Source: Phoronis australis (taxonomy: Eukaryota > Animalia > Phoronida). From it: a stretch of 64,000 bases of DNA. The notes beneath the pieces are model-generated. The model was not told the DNA's origin. It was given only the letters and a program-made list of their open reading frames with translations, and ran no database searches. Shown here piece by piece: positions 1 to 12,968 of this stretch. The position numbers and the translations under genes are program-made. Each line of letters starts with the position of its first letter. Position 1 is the stretch's first letter. The stretch is from assembly GCA_002633005.1 (NCBI GenBank), contig NMRA01000189.1, positions 486,339-550,338 on the forward strand. The letters are read 5' to 3'.

Positions 1-635
1 CACTACGACTGCGTTTCCGTCGTCTGCTTCACTGCGCAATGAAGAAATTACTTCATTTTTTAAAGAAAATGGAATCTGAGTGACCATGAAAAACAGAAGC
101 TGCTGGTAAGATGTGAATTTTAATCGAAGCCTTTGTGAATCACTGATAAACTCATAATTCTCTCTTTGTCAAACCTTAACTTAAGACGATTTCCAAAGCA
201 ATTGCGCCATTCATTAATGCCAACACAAAAAACGGATTTGGTCGTTTGGGCATTTGAAGACTATTTTAAATACACCAAATTTGTTACGAATTGATTGCAC
301 AAAATATAAAAAGTGTAATAAGCATTACAAAAAGAAGTAGGTTTTGCGCGCAAACGCTGTGGACCATGTACAAGTCTCTTAGTATGATTGAGATCGCGGT
401 GGTGCTCTGGTAAAGCGTGCGCGCTAAATCCGCCAGGTCGTGAGTTCGAGTCTGTGTTGATTGCAGTTTTTCGAGTTTGGCACGTTCTCCATGTTTTTTT
501 TTCTTGGATAATACTTCAGGAACCAAGGATCGAAATTGCTTTATTTTTAGAGGAAAAACAGAAAATTTTCCCCCATTCGGTGCTATGCGCATCTACAATC
601 GTGCTTTACGCAAATGTTTACAGACAAAATGTTGG
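1..635 (-). mobile_element. Partial inverted copy of the 950-bp 5-bp-TSD element at 53645-54594
   Basis: Colinear reverse-complement match to about 53690-54308 (e.g. aaacagaagctgctggtaagatgtgaattttaatcgaagcc and ccccattcggtgct..gcgcatctacaatcgtg). Confidence 0.9.
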
Positions 636-762
636 GCCCAATCACTAAACTCGTATATGGGTCCCTGGCATCTGTACAACTGCACCACTCAGTATTTATC
701 TACCAGAAATAAAAAAATGAACTAAGCCACTTAATAAGTTCATAAAATCGGTTTCAAAATTC

Positions 763-1170
763 TTAGCATGACAGGACTTGCATGTACGTTACCTTCGAGA
801 ATATCAGAATCATCAGCGACTGGACCCAAGAAAACACTTCATAGAATCTATTGAAATGACGCAGTGTACGCGTTGGTGTGTTTAATGAATTTTGTCTTGA
901 AGAAGGATGTTCCACAATTCTATTGTTATTGCCCGAGCTCACTTTTGTTGCGTTGAATGAAATTGGGATGTAATTGTCTCGCACATCATTTGTTATTACG
1001 TAACTTGCTGGATAATTATCACGTTGACAATTATAGAGGGACCAGCTGATTTCCTTCGCACGATGCAAAGCAGTATCAAATGTTTGACCCATGAGAAAGT
1101 AATTAGGGGAAGTCTTAATTTACCATTTTTATATGAGTATATGATTTATGCTCACGTACAGGTTTAAGCG
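763..1170 (-). pseudogene. Highly decayed Penelope-like RT thumb fragment
   Basis: Translation DTALHRAKEISWSL..NYP resembles the PLE LHRA..CS.W..NGYP region; weak RT-like pieces at about 2800-3790 on the same strand may belong to it. Confidence 0.35.
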
Positions 1171-1585
1171 GCCAATACGCAAGTGAGTGTGGAGGCGAAC
1201 AATGAGGCAAATTTGCTTCAGATGTCGAAGTTCATCCTATGTGTATGGCAGTGTCGGTGGAAAAATACTTGGCGAAGCGCGAGCGATGACGCGATCAGCC
1301 AGCTGCCTCAAATGTCAGTATCCTAAACTCATTGCTCGATGCCGGTTTACTCGCAAAGAAGGGAAAATGGTCACTGAGTTATCTGTTTAGCTTACTAGGG
1401 CCTGAGGCGGCGTAGCTCTTCGTCTTCGGTGTATGCCAATGGACCATGGCTTAGTGCCTTGACACCACGTCGTTTTTTCTCGTAACGCTCGTAATGAGTG
1501 ACGAAGAAAGCATTACTAAATTATCTTGTTAATCAGTGTCAATGGTACGCAGCCTCACAGACTTCATACGAGAAACGAATTTGAT

Positions 1586-2668
1586 GGGAAAGATTTCCAA
1601 AGTTGCATGTCATTATTCCGTAGGTTCACTACTCCAAAAGTCCACTTGGAATCGCTAATGATCAGTGACAAAAAATGCCACATTTTGGCTAAAGATTTTG
1701 GAATCGCGATTGATCAGTCATGAAAAAAAGCTGCGTTGAATGAGCAGCTCACAGGTGTGTAGCGCACGTTGGCCCTGTTTCGGTAGGCTTGCGGGTTTCT
1801 TACCGTGTGATACATTCATACTCTCTGCCCCTCCTGTATGCGCCTCTACCTGCTGTTCACGTGTATTTCACTGTTTATTTAGCTTCGTATATGTTCATTC
1901 CACTTATTGCCTGATGATGAGACATGCAGTTTCGACTCATAGCCAGTTCTTTAATTTGTTTGTTTGTCACGTCTCTCGGTGTTTTGCGACATAGGAGACC
2001 GTTTCGACTCTACATGTACTAGCGACTCTGTATCAAGCTTTCCAACAAATAGTTTAGTCTTGTTTTCAACGAATTTTGTGTTAACGAAGGGTTGCTGCCG
2101 AACTATACTGATTTTAAAAATGCAAGAACGTACTCATTTTCCGTATTTGTAAGACATGCGGGCAATTTCGTATGTGCATGACGTTGTTTTCGGTATAGGT
2201 ACATGTACACCACTCAGCGCATCTAATTACCGAACTATCGTGTATTTTTGCATAAAAATTATAACGGAGTTCGAAATTTTAGATATGATTTTCGGAGTAA
2301 TGAACCTTCGGAGTAATGAACCTCAAGCGATGTAACTCGCAAAAATTCAACCAGGTAAAGTGGCCTACTAACCACATTTAGTTTCTATCCGGCCGTGCAC
2401 CAGGTTCCTTGGGTTAGGTTGTGGCGCAGCGGCCCTAAACTCTTCAGTCGCGTTGCGTTGCGATCTTGACATGGATTTGATGAATACGCCGTGGTTGATA
2501 ATTCATCAGTATTCCGACTTCATATCGTTCTAAAAATGCAAGTGTGCACTCATTTTAAGACATGCGGGCAATTTCGCATGCACACGCATCCACACGAAAT
2601 CTGACCACCGTTTCTAGTTAGCAGTGAACCTCCAGAGTAGTGAACCTGCGAAATAGTGGGCTGTTCCC
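1586..2668. mobile_element. Non-autonomous DNA transposon with GGGAA termini and AT TSD (ISL2EU-like), carrying a PLE fragment
   Basis: at|GGGAAAG...CTGTTCCC|at; subterminal 16-bp repeats (ttcggagtaatgaacc) at about 2291-2323 and 2622-2647, with a reverse copy at about 1612-1640. Confidence 0.5.
1672..2112 (+). mobile_element. Penelope-like element 3' fragment (end of EN domain plus pLTR with hammerhead motif)
   Basis: Reverse-complement homologue of 12178-12612; contains CTGATGA-TGAGAC-ATGCA-GTTTC at 1911-1933. Confidence 0.75.
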
Positions 2669-3850
2669 ATTTCCAGCGATGTAATTAAGCAACTTAAATG
2701 ACACGCAAAAATACAACCGGATAAACAATTTCGTCAAGTCATTCGCCATTTAAACTTTATATTTCCGTCCGAGTATATAATGAGGTGTAATCACTCATTT
2801 AAGCATGGCTGATTTGAAATTTTGGCAGGAGGTAATGCGAGAACGTTCTCTTTCTGGAGCGCAATACATCTGAATTTGTGTCTCGTTCTTTGCTAGTAAC
2901 CGTCACAGCATCCTCATTTCTGGTCTGTCTCATCTCATGAACAAAGAGCTGAAAGTCATCGTTATGTATACAGATTCCCAACCACTAATTAAGCTGCGAC
3001 AAAGGCCTTACCGAAAACTCTACAGTGTCGACGTTTGTAAAATGTGAAAGTTCCACCGTTCTAGAAATTCAAACCCTCCCCCGCTAAGTGCTGGCTACGG
3101 GCCTGGAGTTTAACCAAAGACTGCAGAAGTATACTTCTTCACTCCTTGGTTTAACAACAAGAACTTCTAGCCCTAGAATGTCAACTTCCGCATGTGATCT
3201 ATCTATTCTATTATTAGAGCTTGCCTGTGGCCCGAATCAATGCCGGGAAAAGTTGGGCTTCCTACTGATAGGTCTAGTCTCAGCCTGAGAACCACATTTG
3301 ACAACGTTTCAAACTACATACCAGGAGTTTTTCAACATGGCGTTTGTGTTTGTGTAAAATCATGTTACAGTATTTTACGGAAAGAATTGATACAGCATTT
3401 GATTTCTGAGTGTCTGTTCTGCAATTATGAACGAAACACTCGGGCAATAACGCATTTTCCCCGCAGGATGTAAAAGGCGCTCGAGTGTCGATAGCATTCA
3501 CACAAATTGCGCACATCTAAGTGCAACCGTTGGAGAATATGAGAGTCGGGATACTTTTCTCTCTATTTCACTGGGGAGTTGAAGCTTCGGTTAAAGAAGT
3601 TTTCAAAATTTATGCCGTTTGTGTTGTGAAAATACGGCGCAGAAATCCTCGTTCTGTCAGCACCCGAAGCCTACCGATAGACCTGCCTAGTGGGGAGATC
3701 GATACATGATTAGACGGATATCATTACGGCGTTTTCCCGTTGCTCCCAACTTGTTCTATTCTATAGCCCAACAACAAGTTGGGAAGTTTACCCCTGTAGC
3801 CAATATCTTACACGACTGATTAACTCCATTCTGGCATTTATAGTTAGAGG

Positions 3851-4045
3851 ACCAGCTCTCTTTTGTTCGATAATTGCTCTAATCTCCAATAAGATTGTAT
3901 CTACCCTCACTGGGCTTTTGCTGTTAAAAATAAAAGTTAAGTTATAACATATTTGAACATAAACCAATAGCATTTCTGAAATCTTCGTCAAATGGTGATC
4001 ATGTTTAGTTTTTGAATCGCCAAAATCGCCCAACTGCAATCGAAG
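3851..4045 (+). repeat. Dispersed repeat, second copy at 6579-6776
   Basis: Shared ttttgttcgata.ttgctctaatctccaataagat ... tttttgaatc.ccaaaatcgcccaact. Confidence 0.85.
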
Positions 4046-5168
4046 TTACGACAATCTGTTCTTTCCGAATACAGCAATTCACTCTGAGTTTGACTGGGTT
4101 CACACGCGATCTGTAATAGGCCTGGTAGATAATTGGCCTGCAGAAGCGTATCTACAGGGGGGTTCAGAGGGTTCCTCAGCGATGCATCGCACAAACGACC
4201 TTAAATTTCGTAATGATCATGATTAACCATCTTCAGAAGGATAAACCCATAGACATCGTAATACATAGACCGGGCGCGCACCACTCAGATACATGCAGCT
4301 CGCGTTATCAATATGACGCCACATTGGAGAGTGCTACACAGGACAAAAATGGCGGAAATCACTGGGAGCCCTACGCCATCAGTTAGAAAATCGGCCGGCT
4401 CGCAGTGTTATGCTTGCAGCCAAAGAGTTAAGTTTTTTGGTCCTGCCTTTGAGTCATGTTTTTGGTTCGTGGAGTTTAGAGGTGTTGCCACTAGGTTTTT
4501 ATGTTCTGCCACCATAGTTAAAGCGGAACGATTATGCGTTGGGTTTCCACATCAGTATTGGTGATTGAGATCATATAAGTTCAATTAAAAGATAATTATT
4601 GACCAGCAAATGGTGTTATCCAATGATGATGTTGTTTGTTAATTGTACTTAAGTAAATATTTGGTATCAATGACAATCATAAGTATTTTTTTGTTCTGAA
4701 AAATAACATCCCCGAATCTAGTACTCGCTAGCCATCAAAACCAATACATCTAAGCGTACAAGGTATTCTCTGTTGAAATGTATACTGCTTTAAAAACTCA
4801 TTTCTTGATAAGCGTTCCAAAATCAGATTTCTTCTGTTGTATAAGACCCTGCAAAATCTGTACTTATGTTAAAGTTGATATTGGAAATTTTGTGGATTTG
4901 CACTGCTTGCTTACGAGCTCTTTGTTGTGTGACTCAAAACTTGCGCAAAAAAGTAACGTGCATAGTAACCCAAATATCAAATCAGTACTAGACGACTATA
5001 CCCAAAATACACAACATACCCAACCGAGCCGGTATAGCATTAAATGATGACCCACTGAAAATGACCCTGGCTATTTTTTTCACAGGGTCTAAATTTAATT
5101 AGAATAATTTTTAGTCCATGAAAAAATGACCGTCCGTGAAAACCCGTCCCGTTATTATTCAACGGTTC

Positions 5169-5538
5169 CAGGGGCGGATCCAGAATATTGATTTAGTGGG
5201 AGGGGGCAAGGCAGAGAATCACATGTGCGCATCCAGCTTAAAATATAGAGGGGGGTCTCGAATTTCATGGTCACGTGGACCTTTTAATGGAACAAGAAGA
5301 CGAGTACTAAAAAACGGGGTACTAGGTTCAACTCCTGTGGACTGTTGTTTCGTTTCCTCGGACGTTTTGTTTCTCTAAGAAGGCCCTTTTTGCCCACTTG
5401 GTCAAGTGGGGGGGGGCGCCCCGGGTGCGCGCATGTATTAGCCAGGATTTTGCTCGTCGGACTTTCGCACCCCCGAACTACCAAATGGAATCTGGGAGAA
5501 TTTAGGGGAGTCTTTGCCCCCCTCTAAATCTGCCACTG
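5169..5538. mobile_element. MITE with 5-bp TSD (hAT5-like), interrupted by a nested MITE
   Basis: GGTTC|CAGGGGCGGATCCAG...TAAATCTGCCACTG|GGTTC; homologous to the uninterrupted copy at 52331-52489. Confidence 0.85.
5222..5435. mobile_element. Nested MITE with CATG termini
   Basis: CATGTGCGCATCC...GGGTGCGCGCATG; absent from the 52331 copy; degenerate 5-bp TSD AATCA/TATTA; B-box-like GGTTCAACTCC inside. Confidence 0.75.
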
Positions 5539-6960
5539 GGTTCCTCCGCAACAGGGGGTTGGAATAAGCAGACACGATACCCGCAATTGGCGATCTTTCA
5601 ACAATGTTCGATACGCGGATGTTTAGGTCTGGTGGTCACCTGAGTAACGCGCGGCAAGGGAAATCTTGCTTTTTCAATATATGCCGCAATTAGGTAGTGA
5701 AAGTACTGAACGGCGTGCATACCAGGAGTATGATGTGGGGAAGCTGGGAAGCGAAAGTAATCACAATTTTTCGAACAGTTCTTCGTTCAGTTGCCCATCT
5801 TGGCAACTGGCCATTTTTACACTCATAACGTAAAATTGCCGTGAGGACTTGACAGGGACCTCAGGGGTCTCACACTCTACTGATTTATCGACATTATTTT
5901 GAAAACGCTTTGCCCAGTCACACATTGTGTGTCATAAAATATATAAGCATACCCGGCCAGCAGCTGACGCAGCAAGTAGAACTACTCTCTTTTATCACAT
6001 TGGTGTAGACTCACAGTTGAACTGTGGTTTTCTGTAGACCCCAGACCGTCCCGAGTTGCACCATATACCAAATCCGGACGGTCTCTCACGACGATTAAGC
6101 GTTATGGCTCGTGCCAGGATATAATATCTGACTACTGAACTGCATGAAGACTAATCCAAAATACTTGGCCACATGTTAAAAGAATTTTCCTATCGCAGAC
6201 AAGTTTTCTTACTATAAAAGTCAAGTTTGGAATCGTGAGAACTGAGGCCAAGCGTGCGTGGGAGAAGAATTTATTTTAAATTTCTCGGCGGCTGAGGGAC
6301 GCGCAGTATGTCAGATTAAAGGCGGGGGTGCATAGGAACCGGGTTCGGAATAATGTGTAAGAGCGGGGCTGATCTCTTTGTGAGCACATAATTACACGGT
6401 GTGGGGACACTACAAAACGCCGACAAGTGTCTGGTGTTTGATCGGGGGTGAATTCAAATCCGTGAAAGAGGAATACCGTGGGTGAGAGAAGAATATTGAG
6501 GAATTGAGTCTGTGTTCTTTGCTTTAGTTCTCCCGTTTAGTCTAACTTGTTAGGTTGTATAGCACAAGTTGGGCGGGTCAGCTCAGTTCTTTTGTTCGAT
6601 AGTTGCTCTAATCTCCAATAAGATCATATCTTATTGACCCACTGCGCTGTGGTGTTAAAAATAAGTTAAGTTATAAAATGTTTGAACATAAATCAATGAC
6701 ATTTCTAAATTTCCCATCCACTACTGGTCATGCTTAAAGTTTTTGAATCACCAAAATCGCCCAACTATACAATCGCACGCTCAAGACCGCTGCACGTACG
6801 TCTCAATGGTAAAGTCACGGAACGGGAGAACGCCCTAATGAACTTTAACCTGTCATTTATCTATATGACTCCCATGAGGTTATTTTTACAGTTCACATTA
6901 AATTTAGAGCCCCCCGGCCCCCTCATGAAATGCGACCTGGGTCGTATTTTAATATTACGT

Positions 6961-7534
6961 TGTTACCCGTGGTCATTTTCAATACTGAAAACTAAGGCTT
7001 ATTGGGGCGCGGCACAACAAAAGTACGTCCCAAGTCAGCAGCACGTTTCCTGGATATATGGTATTTCACTTCTTAACTATATTTATGTGAGCATATGGAC
7101 CCGTCTTACTCCTTCCCCCCTGATCACTTCGGTCTATTCCATTATTTCCTTTGTGTAGGACTCACACGTCGTTTTCCCAGCCTTCGTATTGGTCTGTTGT
7201 TACCACGTTCCTCGAGTTTGGTCAGCTCTTGGCTCTTATTGTCACGTGTCCTTAGGGGTGTTTTCTTTGTTATGGTAACCTCGCTTTCAGTTCATCTTTG
7301 TTCCGGCCACACTGTCGTACGTTCAAAAACAACTTATCCAATTTTCCCACCCTCTACCTACCAGTTTTCGTCATTCTTTCGTAATTTCACGTGGCCGGCG
7401 CTTTTTTATTACCCATCTTACCAGATATTACCAATCATACGTTATTTACCTGTATTCATTATATTGTAACTGTACTTGTCATAATAAATGACCTTATATC
7501 GCCTACCCCCGTCTCCTTTTCATCTCTGGTAACG
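6961..7534 (+). mobile_element. Probable old solo LTR
   Basis: TGTTACC...GGTAACG inverted termini and AATAAA about 50 nt before the 3' end; TSD not clean. Confidence 0.5.
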
Positions 7535-9162
7535 AGCTTGCGACGCGCGTATCATTTATCTATTATTCGGGACATATGTCGATCAAAAAATGTATTTGCA
7601 TCGAGCGACACGAATTAAACGATAAATTTACACGATCTTACTAGTTTTTCTTGAAAAAAAAATAATAAAACGCTCACAGTGGATAACAAGCGTGCAGCCG
7701 CTCAGACAATTCGAGAATCCGCCACTGGTTGTCTTCTTTTACTTTGATATTTTCCCTATCGACTGATTGGCACTTAAAGATAACGCATGTAAGTGCGACA
7801 TCACATGTTTTTTATGTTTCTGGAAAAAATCGCACCCTTCCGCCTCTTTATTTGTTAGATATCGCGCTTTGAAAAGAGCAATTTACCCCGTTTGTTTACA
7901 CGGCAATTAGCCGTGTCACATGACTTGTAACGCTCTCCAATATGGCGTAAAGTTGTCAGCGGCAGGAGCGCGTGCGCCCGGTCTATGTGATGTCTATACA
8001 TAAACCATTCCTTACTTATGTTAAGAGTAAAAACGGAATGTACTCTTGAATAGCTTACGGCATTCTATCTTGGGCTTCTTCGGGCAATAATTTGCGACAC
8101 TGTAACAACATGTTTCTTGGGCGTGCTACACTGTCTACGTTTACGTCAAAAAGTGGTCTTCATTTTCAGTGAACGTCCTTTCTTATTTTAGTCGATGCAA
8201 TTGGTTTTAAGCCGGTGACTCACATTGTTTTTTTCGATTCACCATATGTCTTAATAATGCTGTGCTGTCTATGGCGGGAACTGTGATTTCCTTGAGACAA
8301 TGATGTTGTTGTGGAAAAACGCAACTTGAGATCGTTCAGGACTTCGCGAGTTATCGTCACTAATTGCAAGTATTTTTAAGCACAGCAGCACGCTAGCTAG
8401 TTCTTCCCAGTACGGAACTATGTCCAAAGTATAGGAATTAACTTCAGCCGAATTTGAATTGAAAATAACTTAGATTCGAGAGCTGATTGAGCCTAGTGTT
8501 GGCTATCCGTGTCAACTTACAGAAATCGTTGGGCCTAACTGTCATTTTGACATTCTCGTTCACCTGCCAATGACTTGAATGGTTCGTTTGCTCTTTGGAA
8601 ATGGTAATCAGCCTCCTGTCGTCACACGGAAAAGTTTGCGAAACATTTTGTGTGGCGAAAAAACCTGCACTTCTATTGCAATGCAAGTGGCTTGGTAGTG
8701 AGTCAATTTTGATTTAAAAATGTTCGGTCTCGAACTATGCGTGTTGGTTTGTCTGTGTGCGTGTATGTGTCTAATTTGCCACACATTCGATACTAGCGAT
8801 CACTCGCAATAGAGGATAAATGGTGCGACTTTTTAATTCATGATTTGAGCCTGCTTTGACGCAAAGGTGTATGTGCGACATTTTCACAGTGAAATGAGAA
8901 AACACTGAGCATGATGCTATAGAGATGGCCATTCAGAAGTATTCCAAAATCGTGTACTTAATTAATCTGAACAATTTTAATCTAATTTTCTGGAAACTTA
9001 CTTCAACAATATCCAACAACTCAAAACTAGAGACTGTGGTCCTTCATCAGGTAAAGAATATTGATTTTATTTCCTTGATAACTGCGACCCAGCAGCTCTC
9101 TCCAGAAGATTCCATGTATGCGTCATGATATTTTCGGATCAAGCGTGAGTAGTTCTTATTAA

Positions 9163-9485
9163 AGCCTATCTTGAACAGTAACACCTGAAAATTTGGTTCC
9201 TACAGCATCGCTCTGAGCCCACTAGTGCAATAATATTGCCAAGAATGAAATATAACGAACCGTTCGACGTATTGGCTTGCTTTTGTCTACGTCACCAGAT
9301 AAGAATAACACCCGCACGCAATGGTGTTCTATTCAGATCCTTATTCAATGCAACTGCTATCAGCCTTTTGTTGTTTGCGCTGGGATCTCGCGGTGACGCA
9401 ACATGGCACGAAAAGGCAGCTTCATCTATCATTTGACATGTTTATAGTTGCATGATTGAACTCGCGTTTTCCGTTGAAGTTGGCA
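9163..9485 (+). mobile_element. Kolobok-type MITE
   Basis: TTAA|AGCCTATCTT...GTTGAAGTTGGCA|TGAA; inverted homologue of 11401-11806. Confidence 0.75.
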
Positions 9486-10346
9486 TGAACAACGCAGGTG
9501 TTATGATGAGCCAGTCAACATTTGTAACCGTACTCATTTTAGACCTCGGTTAATGACATCTGTTGTACACAAAAATACCAGTGCACCAGCTAACTGTCTT
9601 AGAACAAAAATAAAAATAAAAATAGATAGCATAACAATTAAGAAGAGGTCACACTGGTGTCATCCACCTTCTGTCAGTTTACAACTAGAAGACTGCGGTT
9701 TACTGTGCGACGTGAAACCCTTCATGAACTGGACCTGGCAAGGTGTGGCAGCATGAACACATAATGAGTGCAATATAAACAAAGAGAAGACATTTAATTT
9801 GACATGTACGTGATCGATCAGATATCCAGTTAAAGCTAAGCGTAACCCGCAAAATTACTTGAATTGTTTTCTTTACTTCGAATTTTAATCAAAAGCAATC
9901 AATCAATCAGTTTGCGATCTCAACCGCACGGCTCCCCTTAGTGCAGCGCAGGTCAAATTTTGAGATCAGTCAATCAGCACGTATTTACCTATACTGATGA
10001 AATAAAAAATCAAAAGGTCAGCGCTCCCTGAGCACGTTATTTGTCAGATTTCAAATGCTTGAAATGTCAATAGCTAACTCAACGCACACCACTCCTGCTT
10101 TGCGCTGCCTAAATGACATTGCCACGGTTTATAGCTACGGTGAGCTGCGGTCAGGCAACCAATCCATGAAGCCAATGGTAGCGAAATCGGCGACTATCGT
10201 ACTTCGTCCGTGATCAATTGTCAGTGATGCACCGCCTTAGCTCGCCACTGTAATTTTGAAAAAGTACGACGAAGTACGACGGTTCACGATAGCGTTAAAC
10301 AGTTTAAACTTATGTGCCAAAGTATTATTAATATTATTATTATTAA

Positions 10347-10400
<54 letters not shown>

Positions 10401-10816
10401 ATTATTATTATTATATTATTATTATTAGTTTATTTGATAATACAATTACAATAATAATTACAATGGTAAATACAGTAATAGGTGTAAGGTACAAGAAGTT
10501 CAGAAAATAATTATGTACACTATCTGAATAACACCAACAAGTTAAAAACCTATTTCCGTGGTGGTCCATACACAAATTGAAAAATTAAAGAAAATAAATA
10601 TGAAGAGTAAACAATAAATTGTGAATAATTATACAGGAGAATTGAGAGATGTGAAAGAAACTAGCTACAGGTGAAAATAAACTGAAGATACTGCAGGATG
10701 AAGTGAAATGATAGATGACAAATAACTAGATAAATAAATTAATTAATTAATGAACAAAGTAGTAAAATAGTTTAAAATTAGAAGTATCTCTTCTCTCAAT
10801 AAAGCTAAATAAATAT

Positions 10817-11148
10817 TGTTACTTGGTGAAATACATTTCGCTAAGTATGTTGCTTTGCCATCGTTTTTTTGTTTGTTCACACTCTACAGGTCGCATTTTT
10901 CGTCCGATTTCTACGAAATTTACACACAAGTTCTAGTTCTGGAAGTCTGGAATCCTATTGTTTTTCGTCGTGATCGGATCCAATATGGCGGACGTTTCAA
11001 ACTCAAATGCTCAGAGTCCGTACTTTTTCACATACATAGCTAAAAATCGGCACGTTTATTGTACTATACGTTTGCTACAAGTGTGCTGAAAATTTTTTAC
11101 TTCCAGTTAAAGATAGCTGAAATATGGGCAATTGCGCATGCTCACCTC
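10817..11148. mobile_element. Unclassified non-autonomous insertion in the L2 fragment (HINE/Helentron-like style)
   Basis: Interrupts L2 between SFKRQLK and KYLF; carries tttgtttgtt..cgcatttttcgtccgatttctacgaaattt. Boundaries approximate. Confidence 0.45.
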
Positions 11149-11400
11149 GTTTGAGTTGTCGTTTAAAACTATTTAGATCTCAAATGTCTCTCTGGTTGTC
11201 ACGTGAATTCCACAGAACTATGATTGAATTTAAAGAAGTTTTAGGTCTATGTTCTTCTACTCTTGGTTGAATGAAACCACTATTGCATCTTTTAGTTCTG
11301 TGAGAATGGTCGTGTTTAAATGCTGAAAAGTGATCAAGGAGATAATTTGGGGCGTTAATATGAACAATTTTATGAAAAAGATGGACCTTGAGTTGGTAAA

Positions 11401-11806
11401 AGCCTAACTTCAACGGAATTTTGTTACTTTAGATGTATTAGGCTAACCAGATAGTCCTAGCAAAGCTTTAGTAAAATAAGAAAACGCGAGTTCAATCACG
11501 CAAGTGTAAGCCCGTCAAATGATAAGTGAAGCTGTCTTTTCGTGCCATGTTGCGTCACCGCGAGATCCCAGCGCAAACAACAAAAGGTTATATTGAATAG
11601 GGGTCTTAATAGAACTCCATTGCGTGCGGGTGATATTCGCAGCTGTTTGAATTAAAACGTGATTCTCTCGGTGACTTAGACAAAAGTGAGCCAATACGCC
11701 TAACAGTTCGTTACATTTGGCAATTTATGGCACTAGTGGGTTCAGAGCGATGCTCTTAACATACTGCAGGTACCAATTTTACATGTGTTATCGTTGAAGA
11801 TAGGCT
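11401..11806 (-). mobile_element. Kolobok-type MITE inserted at TTAA in L2
   Basis: TAAA|AGCCTAACTTCAAC...GTTGAAGATAGGCT|TTAA; excision restores the L2 reading frame. Confidence 0.85.
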
Positions 11807-12177
11807 TTAACTCGAGTTCTAATATTTAGCCATCTAAGAGACTTACAATGTTAAAAACTAATGTAGGAGGGTCTGAACTGAGTATATATCTATTTAATTT
11901 GTTTTGAAACACCTGGAACTAACATCAAACAAAGGAATTATTAGTGAATTGCACCTAAGGCCAACTTCTATGCTTTGATTTTAGTCTTGCATTTTTTAAT
12001 AATAGGCTTGGCTGTCTCCTTAAATAAGAGTTTGTTATCGATTTGGAGACCAAGATATCTCAATGATGAGTATAAAGTGATAACACTGTCGTTACCAGTT
12101 ACATTAAAATCAACATGGTTTGATTTACTAAAAATGAGTTTTACCAACATGAAGGGATAGTTTGTTGTCAATAAACC

Positions 12178-12968
12178 AATCAGTATAGTTCGGTAGCAGC
12201 TCTTCATTAATACAAACTTCGTTGGAAACACGACTAAACGTTTTGTTTAAAAGCTTGATACTGATTCGCTCGTGGTGTAGAAACAATTTACTTTCTTCAG
12301 GTGTGCAGCTATATAGCAAACAACCGAGAGACATAACAAACGAATTAAAACACTAGCTATATTTCGAGACTGCATGTCTCACCATCAGGCAATAAGAGGA
12401 ATGAACATATCCGAAGCTGAATAAACAGTGAAATACAGGTGACAGCGAGAAGCAGAGATTGTGAATGCAACACACGGTAGGAAGCCCACAAGCCTATCGA
12501 AACAGAGCCAACGGGTGGTACATACCTACCTGTAGGAGCTGCTCGATCAACACAAGTTTTTCGTGACTGATTAACAGCGATTCCGCAATCTTCAGCCGAG
12601 ATGTGTTATTTTCAACATAGCGAATGATGGTATTGCCTAGTTGTTTTTCACAGTCATGTTGGTGAGCAAAATGTTCTTGAATGGACCCCGCTGCAAGTGC
12701 ATAGTGACAACCGTCGCGAGAGAGAACACACCGTGTGTACAATGTAACGCTGATCAAGAGAATGAGGACGAATGGCATGTGAATTGGTAAACAACATTAC
12801 ATTTGGCCACTGAACGTAGTCTTTCACGACTTGATTGTTTTTCATGATTATGAACTGAATAACTACATTCAATCCATCACCAGGTTTGACCACCTTAACA
12901 TTCCTTACAATCTTCTTAAGAACATGTTCGTCACTCATATAATTATTAGACATGCAGTTCTTATAATA
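12178..12968 (-). mobile_element. Penelope-like element 3' part (GIY-YIG endonuclease, Naiad-like motifs) with pLTR hammerhead
   Basis: Frameshifted LYYKNCMSNNYMSDEHVLKKIV..NVVYQFTC..YIVHT..LSRRL.MHLQ.GSIQEH..H..RLKIAESLLI; hammerhead motif at 12355-12393. Confidence 0.8.

Larger units (their letters stand above)
4248..7998. mobile_element. P-element-like non-autonomous DNA transposon (CATAGAC termini) with nested insertions
   Basis: Left end catagacatc..acatagaccgggcgcgcac..cattggagag and right end ctctccaat..gtgcgcccggtctatgtgatgtctata are inverted; flanks GATAAACC / CATAAACC form an 8-bp TSD with one mismatch. Confidence 0.65.
10323..12180 (-). mobile_element. L2/Crack (CR1-group) LINE 3' fragment with (TAA)n tail, interrupted twice
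   Basis: Minus-strand pieces DWFIDNKLSLHVGKT, YLGLQIDNKL, WLNIRTRV|NQLKVHLFHKI..APNYL, LWNS; 3' UTR motif ggaccaccacggaaatagg..., then AATAAA and the (TAA)n microsatellite at 10323-10427. Confidence 0.85.

Noticed and set aside
5985-6015. LTR end plus primer-binding site (atcaca|ttggtgtag)
   Set aside because: No matching second LTR, and no gag/pol remnant or convincing tRNA complement was recognised.
9163-11806. One large element with 310-bp TIRs capturing a LINE tail
   Set aside because: Each arm has its own two termini and TTAA-like flanks, and L2 continues on both sides of the right copy.
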